Assembly: GCA_965242865.1 (NCBI GenBank) | Contig: CBDETK010000013.1 | Span: 5,024,001 to 5,088,000, forward strand | Origin: Candidatus Latescibacterota bacterium | GTDB taxonomy: Bacteria; Latescibacterota; UBA2968; UBA8231 | Reading direction: 5' to 3' | DNA: 64,000 nt | Shown here: one piece after another, positions 20,055 through 30,931 of the stretch | Layout of the letters: each line of letters starts with the position of its first letter | Position numbering within the stretch: the first letter of the stretch is position 1 | Program-made: the position numbers and the translations under genes | Notes under the pieces: generated by a model | Seen by the model: only the letters and a program-made list of their open reading frames with translations | What the model was told of the DNA's origin: nothing | Databases searched by the model: none

Positions 20055-23000
20055 CTATTGAAACGGACCGGAAATGTCGCCAAAGCTCAGTGAGGGGTTG
20101 ACCGTGATGGCAAAGGTCAATGACGCGGTGGCATCGGCGGCGTCCGTTGCGGTGTACGTGACGTTGACCGCGCTGTCGGTGGGGGCTTCGGGTGTGCCCG
20201 TAAGCGTGCGCGTGGCCGGGTCAAACGATAAGCCCGCTGGCAGGTTGGCCGACACGCTATAGGTCAGTGCCCCCACACCACCCGATGCGGCCGGCAGTTC
20301 GACCGGCGCAATCGCCGCGCCCGCGGTGAACTCTTGGTCGGCCACCGACATCCCGTCGGCGAAGGCGAGCGGCGTCGCTTCAACGTCGGTCAGCGTGATA
20401 GCGACTGAGCCGCTCGTCAAGCTGGCAGACGAGCCGTTGAGCGCGATCGTCTCGTCGCCTTCCTCCTCGCGGTCAGGGACCGGATCGAGCCGCAAGGTAA
20501 TTGCCCCCGACGCCGCGCCGGCCGGAATGACCAGCGACGGATTGAACATTGCCGAGTAATCCAAATCGCGGGTGGCACTTGACGCCGGATCAATTGACAG
20601 GATTACGGTCGCGTCGGCGTCCAACACTTGGCCGTCCAACGTCGCCGTGACCGTCAGATCGGTCGCTCCCGCATCTTCGCTCACCGTGTGCGGCGACACC
20701 GATAGCATCAAGGACGTACTGGGGGCTTCGTCGTCAGCGATTTTGATGTCCGTTTGCGCCGAACCGCCAGAAGCCGACGCCTGCACGCCTAAGTACTTAT
20801 CGCCATCCACAACCGCGTTGTCTATCGGGGTAAGGGTCAGCAGCGTCGTCCCTTGGGTCTCGCCAGCGGCCAGCGTGATGACGCCACCCAATTGGGCGGT
20901 GTAGTCCAGATCGCGCACGGCAAGTGCTCCATCGGCCGGCGCGCCCAGCGTGAAGCGGATGGTCTCGTCCATTGCCGAAGGAGCGGCTAACGTCGCTGTC
21001 AGGGTGATGGCTGTTGGACCGCCATTCTCGCGCACCAGCGAATGCGTCGAGGACACCCGGGCGACCTCCGCCATGGGGCGTGGGGCGACCTCAATGGCAA
21101 AGGTCAACGACGCGGTGGCATCGGCGTCGTCCGTCGCGGTGTACGTCACGTTGACCGCGCCGTCGGTGGGGGCTTCGGGCGTCCCGGCCAGCCGCCGCGT
21201 AGCCGCGTCAAACGACAGCCCGGCCGGCAGGGCAGAGACGCCGTAGGTGATGTCGCCCGTACCGCTGGCGGCCGGCAATTCGACCGGCGCAATCGCCATG
21301 CCCGCGGTGAACTTTTGGTCGGCCACCTCCGTCCCAGCGGCAAAGGCGAGGACCATCGCTGCAACGTCGGCCAGCGTTATAGCGGCTGAGCCGCCGGTCA
21401 AGTCCGCAGACGCTCCGTTGAGCGTGATCGTCTCGGCGCCTTCCTCCTCGCGGTCGGCGACTGGATCGAGCCGCAAGGTAATTGCCCCAGATGTCGCGCC
21501 GGCCGGAATGACCAGCGATGGATTGAACATTGCCGAGTAATCCAAATCGCGGGTGGCGGACGACGCCGGATCAATCGACAGGGTTACGGTCGCGTCGGCG
21601 TCCAACGCTTGGCCGTCCAACGTCGCCGTGACCGTCAGGTCGGTCGCCCCTGCATCCTCGCTCACCGTGTGCGGCGACACCGATAGCATCAAGGACGTAC
21701 TGGGGGCTTCGTCGTCAGCGATCTCAATGTCCGTTTGCGCCGAACCGCCAGAAGCCGACGCCAGCACACCTAAGTACTTGTCGCCATCTACAACCGCGTT
21801 GTCGATCGGGGTGAGGATCAGCAGCGTCGTCCCTTGGGTCTCGCCAGCGGCCAGAGTGACGGCTCCACCCAACTGGGCTGTGTAGTCCAGATCGCGCACG
21901 GCGAGCGCCCCATCGGCCGGTGCGTCCAGCGTGAAGCGGATGGTTTCCTCGATTGCCGAAGCGGAGGCCAACGTCGCCGTCAGGGTGATGGCTGTTGGAC
22001 CGCCATTCTCGCGCACCAGCGAATGCGTCGAGACCACCCGGGCGACCTCTACCGTGGGAGGCGGGGCGGGACCGACCTCGATGGTGAAGGTCATGGACGC
22101 GGAGTTGACTCGGGCCGCGGCACTGTCGGCGACCGTGTAGGTGACGGCGGCGGTGTCGGCTGCCGTCGGCGTCCCGCTAATCGTGCGCGTGGCCGGGTCA
22201 AACGACAAGCCCGCTGGCAGGTTGGCCGACACGCTATAGGTCAGCGCCCCCACACCGCCCGATGCGGTTGGCAGTTCGAGCGGATCAATCGCCGTGCCCG
22301 CCGTGTAGTCAAACACCACGTAGGACAGGTCAATAACCCAACTAAGGGCTCCCGCCCGGGGCCTCACCGCGGTCCTGTCCGCATCTTTCAGCGTTACCAC
22401 CGCCGTGCTGACCGCGACATCTTCGTCGTCCGCATTTTTGACCGGACTTTCCAGCGCCGTCAAGCCAATTTTCTTATTCCCGCCTTCGAGAGGGGTGATC
22501 GACACGGTCGTTGAGTCGCTGACTTGGCCGGCCGGAATCGTCAGCGCTTGGAGGATCGCCGTGTAGTCGGCATCGCGCATGGCCGCTTTATCGTCCGCAT
22601 CTACATCGCCATCGGCATCCGTATCGTCCGTAATGATCAAGACCACGGTCACGTCCTCGTCGAAGACTTGGCCGTTTAAGGTGGCGGTCACCGTAACCTC
22701 ATGTAGCCCCGTGCCCGCCTTGAGTTCACTCGGCCTCGCCGCCAGCGTTATCTCCGTGGCCGCGGTCTCGTCGTCATCGATCCTGATGATTACCCGACTC
22801 GGAGTACCTCCCGATCCAACCTGAGCGGTCACCGCGAAGCTCTTCTCCCCATCGAGCCTTGAGTTGTCCTTGGGAGTAAGGATGAGCGTGGTCTCGGCCT
22901 CGGTTGCGCCGGCCGGAATGGAGAGTTCCCCCACGGACACGGTGTAATCTACATCCCGAACCCCCACTTGGGGATCAATGGTGAACGACACCCGCGCCGC

Positions 23001-26000
23001 ATCCGCTAGGGCCTTCTGCAAGCTAACGTTCAGGGTAATTTCCTGTCGCCCACTCCCCTCGCGTATCGCCGCAGGAGTCGCGGTAAGGGTGGCTCCCACC
23101 GCGTCGGCGCGGATGGTGATGTCCACCGCGTCCGTGTCGGAGGCGTCCCCGGCGGTCACGGTCAGCGTGAACGTCAGGGTTGCGTCCGACGACAGGTTTG
23201 GGGCGACAAACGACGCCGACGCGGTCGTCGCGCCGGTCAGACTCACGGTCGGCGAACCCCCGGTCTGAGCCCACTCATAAGTCAACGACTCGCCTTCCGG
23301 GTCGCTGCCGCTGCCGGATAGAGAAACCGTATCGCCCTCATTTACCGTCTTATCCGACCCTGCTGAGGCCGTGGGGCCATCGTTGTCCGCTGCAACGGTG
23401 ATGGTGACTGCATCAGTAGCGGTCAAACCCCCATCGCTGACGGTCAACTCAAACGTCAAATCCGCGTCCGTTAGCAGATTCGGTGCGGTGAACGAAGCGG
23501 TTTTGGTATTCGCGCCGGTCAGGTCCACGGTGGGGTTGCCGGCCGTTTGACGCCACGAGTAGGTCAGGGTCTGCTCCTCTGGGTCCGTGCCGCTGCCGGA
23601 GAGCGTCACCGCGTCGCCTTCGGTCACCGTCCGATCCTCACCGGCGTCGGCCGTGGGCGCGTCGTTGGTCTCGGTGGTTACTGAAAAGTTCGCGCTTACG
23701 CCGCCGATGGTGACGGTGGCGGTGGTGGCCGTGTTGAACGCACTGCTGGCGATGACCTTGACGGCGACGGTCTTTCCGTTGGTGATAGTCGTGCCGGTGA
23801 AATCGCTGCCGTCCACGACTAAGGTGCCGCCGGTCACCGAAATGGTCGCAGCCGCTTCGAGGCCGCTGACGGTGATGGCATTGCTGGTGACGGTCGCCCC
23901 CAGTTCCACCCCGGTTTTCGCCGTGAAACTAAACGCAGCCGGCGTGGTGTCTGCGGCCGGGTGGTCACTGAAAAGTTCGCGCTCGCGGTGCCGATGGTGA
24001 CGGTGGCGGTGGTGGCGGTGCTGAACGCACTGCTGGCGGCGACCTTGACAGCGACGGTTTTTCCGTTGGTGATGGTCGTGCCGGTGAAATCGCTGCCATC
24101 CACCACCAAGGTGCCGCCGGTCACCGAAATGGTCGCAGCGGTGTTGAGGCCGCTGACGGTGATGGCGTTGCTGGTGACGGTCGCCCCCGGTTCCACCCCG
24201 GTTTCCGCCGTGAACGTGAACGCAGCCGGCGTGGTGTCCACGTCTTCGATGGTGACGGTGACGGCATCGGAGCCGGTCAAACTGCCGTCGCTGACGGTCA
24301 ACTCAAACGTCAGCGTTGTAGTTGTATTCTCGGCTACATTCGGCGCGGTGAACGAGGCGGTTTCCGTGTTCTCGCCGGTTAAGTCCACGGTGGGGTTGCC
24401 GGCCGTTTGGCTCCACGAGTAGGTCAGGGGCTGCTGCTCCGGGTCCGTGCCGCTGCCGGACAGCGTCACCGTGTCGCCCTCATTCTTCGTCTGATCGGAC
24501 CCCGCGTTGGCGGTGGGCGCGTCGTTGTCGGCATTGATCGTGATGTCCACCGTGTCCGTATCGGAGGCTCCGCCAGCAGTCACCGTCAGCGTGAACGTCA
24601 GGGTCGTATTTCCCGTCAGGTTCGGCGCGACAAATGAAGGTGTCGCGGTCGTCGGCCCCGTCAGGGAAACATTCGGCGACCCGCCGGTCTGCGCCCACGA
24701 ATAGCTCAACGCCTCGTTTTCTGGATCGGTGCTGTCGCTGCCGGACAGCGTCACCGTATCGCCCTCATCCACCGTCTGGTCGTCGTCTGCGTCGGCGGTA
24801 GGTGCGTCGTTGTTGGCTCGGATGGTGATGTCCACCGTGTCCGTGTTTGAAGCACCTCCGGCGGTCACCGTCAGCGTGAACGTTAGGGTTACATCCGCCG
24901 TTAGGTTCGGTGCGACAAACGAGGGCGTGGCGGTGGTCGCACCTGTCAGGGAAACATTCGGCGAACCCCCGGTCTGCGCCCACGAATAGCTCAACGTCTC
25001 ATTTTCTGGATCGGTGCTGTCGCTACCGGACAGCGTCACCGTGTCGCCCTCATTCTTCGTCTGATCGGACCCCGCGTTGGCGGTGGGCGCGTCGTTATCG
25101 GCATTGACCGTGATGTCCACCGTGTCCGTGTCGGAGGCTCCGCCAGCAGTCACCGTCAGCGTGAACGTCAGGGTCGTATTCCCCGTCAGGTTCGGCGCGA
25201 CAAACGAGGGCGTGGCGGTGGTCGGCCCTGTCAGGGAAACATTCGGCGATCCGCCGGTCTGCGCCCAAGAATAGCTCAACGCCTCGTTCTCTGGATCGGT
25301 GCTGTCGCTGCCGGACAGCGTCACCGTGTCGCCCTCATTCTTCGTCTGATCGGACCCCGCGTTGGCGGTGGGCGCGTCGTTGTCGGCATTGATGGTGATG
25401 TCCACCGTGTCCGTGTCGGAGGCTCCGCCAGCAGTCACCGTCAGCGTGAACGTCAGGGTCGTATTCCCCGTCAGGTTCGGCGCGACGAATGAGGGGGTCG
25501 CGGTCGTCGCACCTGTCAGGGAAACATTCGGTGAACCGCCGGTCTGCGCCCAAGAGTAGCTCAACGTCTCATTTTCTGGATCGGTGCTGTCGCTGCCGGA
25601 CAGCGTCACCGTATCGCCCTCATCCACCGTCTGATCCGACCCCGCTGCGGCGGTAGGTGCGTCGTTGTCGGCATTGATGGTGATGTCCACCGTGTCTGTG
25701 TCGGAGGCTCCGCCAGCAGTCACCGTCAGCGTGAACGTTAGGGTTACATCCGCCGTTAGGTTCGGCGCGACAAACGAGGGCGTGGCGGTCGTCGCACCTG
25801 TCAGGGAAACATTCGGCGAACCCCCGGTCTGCGCCCACGAATAGCTCAACGCCTCGTTCTCTGGATCCGTGCTGTCGCTACCGGAGAGCGTCACCGTATC
25901 GCCCTCATCCACCGTCTGGTCGTCGTCTGCGTCGGCAGTAGGTGCGTCGTTGTTGGCTCGGATGGTGATGTCCACCGTGTCTGTGTCGGAGGCTCCGCCA

Positions 26001-29000
26001 GCAGTCACCGTCAGCGTGAACGTCAGGGTTACATCCGCCGTCAGATCCGGTGCGACAAATGAAGGCGTGGCGGTCGTCGGCCCCGTCAGGGTCACGTTCG
26101 GCGACCCTCCTGTCTGCGCCCACGAATAGCTCAACGCCTCGTTTTCCGGGTCCGTGCTGTCGCTGCCGGACAGCGTCACCGTATCGCCCTCATCCACCGT
26201 CTGATCGGACCCCGCGTTGGCGGTGGGCGCGTCGTTGTCGGCATTGACCGTGATGTCCACCGTGTCCGTGTCGGAGGCTCCGCCGGCGGTCACCGTCAGC
26301 GTGAACGTTAGGGTTACATCCGCCGTTAGGTTCGGCGCGACAAACGAGGGCGTGGCGGTGGTCGGCCCTGTCAGGGAAACATTCGGCGAACCGCCGGTCT
26401 GCGCCCACGAATAGCTCAACGCCTCGTTCTCTGGATCGGTGCTGTCGCTGCCGGACAGCGTCACCGTGTCGCCCTCATCCACCGTCTGATCCGACCCCGC
26501 TGCGGCGGTAGGTGCGTCGTTGTCGGCATTGATGGTGATGTCCACCGTGTCTGTGTCGGAGGCTCCGCCAGCGGTCACCGTCAGCGTGAACGTCAGGGTT
26601 ACATCCGTCGTCAGGTTCGGCGCGACGAATGAGGGGGTCGCGGTGGTCGCACCCGTCAGGGAAACATTCGGCGACCCGCCGGTCTGCGCCCAAGAGTAGC
26701 TCAACGCCTCGTTTTCCGGATCGGTGCTGTCGCTGCCGGACAGCGTCACCGTGTCGCCCTCATTCTTCGTCTGATCGGACCCCGCGTTGGCGGTGGGCGC
26801 GTCGTTGTCGGCATTGACCGTGATGTCCACCGTGTCCGTGTCGGAGGCTCCGCCAGCGGTCACCGTCAGCGTAAACGTCAGCGTCGTATTCCCCGTTAGG
26901 TTCGGCGCGACAAACGAGGGCGTGGCGGTGGTCGGCCCTGTCAGGGAAACATTCGGCGACCCGCCGGTCTGCGCCCAAGAGTAGCTCAACGCCTCGTTTT
27001 CCGGATCGGTGCTGTCGCTGCCGGACAGCGTCACCGTGTCGCCCTCATCCACCGTCTGATCCGACCCCGCGTTGGCGGTGGGCGCGTCGTTATCGGCATT
27101 GATCGTGATGTCCACCGTGTCCGTGTCGGAGGCTCCGCCAGCGGTCACGGTCAGCGTGAACGTCAGGGTCGTATTCCCCGTTAGGTTCGGCGCGACAAAC
27201 GAGGGCGTGGCGGTGGTCTGCCCCGTCAGGGTCACATTCGGCGACCCGCCGGTCTGCGCCCACGAATAGCTCAACGCCTCGTTCTCTGGATCGGTGCTGT
27301 CGCTGCCGGACAGCGTCACCGTATCGCCCTCATTCTTCGTCTGATCGGACCCCGCGTTGGCGGTGGGCGCGTCGTTATCGGCATTGATGGTGATGTCCAC
27401 CGTGTCCGTGTCGGAGGCTCCGCCGGCGGTCACCGTCAGCGTGAACGTCAGGGTCGTATTCCCCGTCAGGTTCGGCGCGACAAACGAGGGCGTGGCGGTG
27501 GTCGGCCCCGTCAGGGAAACATTCGGCGACCCGCCTGTCTGAGCCCAAGAATAGCTCACCGTATCGCCCTCCGGGTCCGTGCCGCTGCCGGAGAGCGTCA
27601 CCGTATCGCCCTCATTCACCGTCCGATCCGACCCCGCGGCGGCCGTGGGCGCGTCGTCTATCGAACGTGTGCCATTGACTTTCACCTCACCCAGAACGAG
27701 AGTAGAGCTCGTCGTTAACTGCACCCGTACATAACGGCCCGTGCGATTGACATTGCTGATCGTCGTCGGAGAACCCGCTTGGGCGGTCTGGTGATAGTCC
27801 CTAACCCCCGACTGAGCCTGACTCGCCGCTACGGTAGTACCAGTAAAAGGCACATCCGAGATAAACACATGATAGTCCGTGAGATAACTCCGAGTCGTCA
27901 CTGGGCCAGAGTTGTAAATCTGGATATTATCGATATAGCAGACCTGACCCAAATCCACTTCCCACCAGCTTTCACTACCCCACACCGTGCGAGAAGAAGT
28001 ATTTGTGGCATTGTCCACCGCCGACTTCGCAACCCGGCGATAGAGCGTACCCGACTGATAGGCGACCTTGCCCTGTGCCAAGTTTTGAATCGTGCCATTA
28101 TCCACTTGGAAACGTTGCGTCACTTCATCGGCATAGTACGTAGCATCGCCGCTATTCTTGGCCTTGATCACCACTTCCCCAGTTCCAGCGCCTACCGTCA
28201 CCCTATTGCCCGATACGGTGGCCGGACCCGATACCACTTCGTAGCTGACGGTCAAACCGGACGCATCCGTGGTGGCATTCAGGTCGAAGACCTCATTGGA
28301 AGATTTCCCGAATATCGCCGGAAAGGTAATGCGCTGCACGGTCTTGCCACTGTTGATCCGACTCAGCAGGTCATAGCGAGTGGTCAGGGACCAGTTCGAG
28401 CCGCCATTGGTGGTCGCGATCAGCGGGGTCGGATACTCTACGAACCACTGGATGGGGTCGATATCCTGGTTCGAGCCTTGGTCTAGCCCCGTCAGATAGA
28501 TATTGCGATGCCCGGATTGGCGGTCCATAACCAAATGCTGATGCGGCACCGGATGGACGAGCCGCGCCTCCACATCCGGGGCCAGCAATACCCGCTGGTT
28601 TTCCCAAGTCGTCGCCCCTTTGGGACGCCGTGAATAGGTCGCACCCCTATAGACGCCGCCTTCAACCCCCAAAGGCTGACTAAAGGCCCTGTAGCTCGTG
28701 TGCAGGGTATCGCCGTCATCAATTACCAGATCAACATAGGTCGTCGACTCATTGACATTAGGCACTTTGGAACTCTGGTCGGCTAAGGTTGAGGTAGTAT
28801 TGGGACTGGTCGCCTTGTAGTAAGGAAAGGTCTCCCCGTGGGTGCCCAGAATAACATGCACAGTATCCGTTGAAGTAATACCGATGACCGGCATAGAGTG
28901 GTTATCAGCAGTAGTTCCGAATCCGTGGGTGTCTGAGAGATGGGCATGATGGTCAATGGTTTTCGTTGCCCGGTCTATCGTCGCCACCCAGACGTGCGAA

Positions 29001-29806
29001 CTGTTGGCGTCGTTACCGCTTTTGTTTTTCTCCGACAAATAGGCAACATGTATCTTGCCGTTCTTGCTGACCACCGGCGGCATTCCACCGGAATGCGCCC
29101 AATGCGGCTCCGCATGGGCCGATGCCAGATCGAGAGAATCACTCAAGCTCAGGGTGCCATTGCTGTTTTTGCTGGGTATGTACAGGCGCAGTTTGGCCCG
29201 TTGTGCGTCGCTGATCCACGGCCATGACACTATCACGGGAGTCACTGTAGAGTCGCCATGACTCATGTTTTTTTCGATCAGCGCAACGTTGGGAAGATTT
29301 ATAGACTGAAAACTTGGGGAAGCGGCGGTAATATCGGGCGAATACAGCAAGCGCCAACCGCCGCTCCAACCGACGCTGCTTAGGGTAATCAGATAGAGCG
29401 CATTGTCGGCATCAATATAGATAACGGTATGACGCCGTGAGGTGACAGTGTCGTGAACCGTAAAGGACGGATTGAAGTGCGAACTATAATCGATATCGTG
29501 CCATAGCCCGTTGCGCAGCGTCCTGATATTGCCGGCCAATGAGCCTGTTCTGTCGTTCGTAAAATAGGGGCGGTTACTGGTATCGAAGGCAATGGAAAAC
29601 CCCATGGGCGTATCTAGACTGTCCACCTGGGTCGGTTGTTGCGAGTGGGGCGGATAGGTGTACGCCGGAAACTGAGCATGAATTGGGCACACACTTAGCA
29701 GGAACAGGCCCAATAAGATCAGCCCCAATAGATGCGCTCTAGATCGGCTCCGAGGGATGGCCGTTTTGTCCGAGCACTTACTCTGTATCCATCTTAGATA
29801 GATCAT
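20055..29806 (-). CDS. Giant secreted surface protein (~3250 aa if joined): BNR_4 beta-propeller, F-type-lectin/discoidin-like domain, PKD/REJ-like repeats, Calx-beta-like and He_PIG repeats; 1-nt frameshift at ~23957
   Basis: ORFs 23834-29806 and 20055-23909 join by adding one G (TTR-AADTTPAAFSFTAKTGVELGATV), matching the preceding repeat DVDTTPAAFTFTAETGVEPGATV. N-terminal signal peptide; LPAGLSFD..TRT..GTP He_PIG motifs. Confidence 0.8.
20090..22050 (-). repeat. Intragenic tandem duplication of a ~981-bp unit (two Calx-like domains plus one He_PIG)
   Basis: Near-identical blocks starting EVARVxSTHSLVRENGG; the shadow ORFs at 20950 and 21931 are offset by 981 nt. Confidence 0.8.
24245..27658 (-). 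repeat. Twelve tandem ~285-bp PKD/REJ-like domain repeats
   Basis: Unit DAPTA.AGSDQT..EGDTVTLSGS.STDPE...YSWAQTGG..FTLTVTAGGASDTDTVDIT counted 12 times; the 285-nt period is visible in the DNA. Confidence 0.95.
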
Positions 29807-30335
29807 CCGGCTCTGGCCTCAAACGTTTTTCTTGGGGCAGACTCCCACTTGCAGAAGCAGACCCAAAGCCATATTCAAGTTTCTGAAAATAATACTGTAG
29901 ATAGTTCGGCTGATTAGCAGAATCCAAGAGCCGTTGCGCTTCTTGGAGTCCTTCATCGTCATTAAACATGATCTAGGCCCCTCTGGTTGAGATGATCTGG
30001 ATAATAATGTTTAGGAACCTCTGATTAAGTCTTTGTTGTCTGTCTTGCTCTTCAATACTATAATTGTCTGTATCCAACTTGGTATCATTGTCTTTCGATA
30101 ATTCAACACGTAAATCCTTCGTTAAATCACTGATAGATGCAGGACCAAAATGCCCTACCCCCGCCGTCATAGCCACAATCGGTAATTCTCTATGGAGATT
30201 GAAAACCTTTATCCCGTGTTCCCAAATGTTTGAGACTGTGGACTGACCATTTTCGGAACGTGCGAAAAGTGTAGAAGCACTATCCGCTGCAAAAACAATG
30301 CAGTCATGGACCTTAATAGCAACACAAACTGTCAT
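29778..30335 (-). pseudogene. Low-GC gene fragments: truncated Ntn-hydrolase/proteasome-beta-like protein joined to an unrelated fragment
   Basis: MTVCVAIKVHDCIVFAADSAST..KVFNL..AMTAG is an Ntn-type start (Thr2), but the ORF is only 120 aa. It is followed by a 63-aa fragment, and the region is AT-rich relative to its flanks. Confidence 0.45.
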
Positions 30336-30426
30336 GGCTTGGTCAACTTTTTCAAAAGTGGTCTCCTTCGCTGATTGAGCAAACGCCCAACATCCAAGGA
30401 CGGTTCAGCCATCCTTCAATCCTTCA

Positions 30427-30561
30427 GAAGCGTTCTTAAAACTCATGTTGCTTTTGGCCTAGTCTTGCATGACGACTCGTACGGTCATTCCCGCGCAAGC
30501 GGGAATCCAGCAAAGGACCAAGCCGAATCAGAGACCGAAACCCTAGTTTTAAGAACGCTTC
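30427..30561. mobile_element. 135-bp MITE with 17-bp terminal inverted repeats and a 3-bp TSD
   Basis: GAAGCGTTCTTAAAACT ... AGTTTTAAGAACGCTTC, flanked by TCA on both sides; internal palindrome ATTCCCGC-GCAA-GCGGGAAT. Confidence 0.85.
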
Positions 30562-30794
30562 TCAAGAACTAATCAACTACCGTCAGTTGCTGATCCGTGC
30601 CCCAAACTCCTTGCGTGTGTTCACTAAGAGGGGACTGACCATCGCCAGCCCCCTTCGGAAGCCGGTTTTTACCAACTCCAAGTTATTATACGATATACGA
30701 TACGCCCCCAAAAGCCCTTATTCAAGGATTTATTTAGCAAATTAGGAACACGACCCCTGCGTTACGTCCGCCTTTTCTGCGGTTCCCGCTGCGT

Positions 30795-30847
30795 CCGGGA
30801 TCGCGGGCGTTCCGCCCTCGACGAGGGCAAGATGCCCGCGATCCCGG
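30795..30847. repeat. REP-like long palindrome
   Basis: CCGGGATCGCGGGC...GCCCTCG-A-CGAGGGC...GCCCGCGATCCCGG nested hairpin. Confidence 0.65.
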
Positions 30848-30931
30848 CAAATAAAGCCAAGAATTACATGCAGTTAGTCGTATTGGCAAAAAACTTGACA
30901 CTCGCCTAGCCGTTGATTAAATCAAACAGCC

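Noticed and set aside
24245-27658. Regular repeats as a possible CRISPR array or DGR template/variable repeats
   Set aside because: The period is 285 nt, in frame and protein-coding; there are no unique spacers, no cas or reverse transcriptase gene, and the variation is not adenine-specific.
30375-30572. Small ORFs 30375-30572 and 42166-42510 sharing RSVLKTHV
   Set aside because: The similarity comes from the non-coding MITE, not from a protein family.
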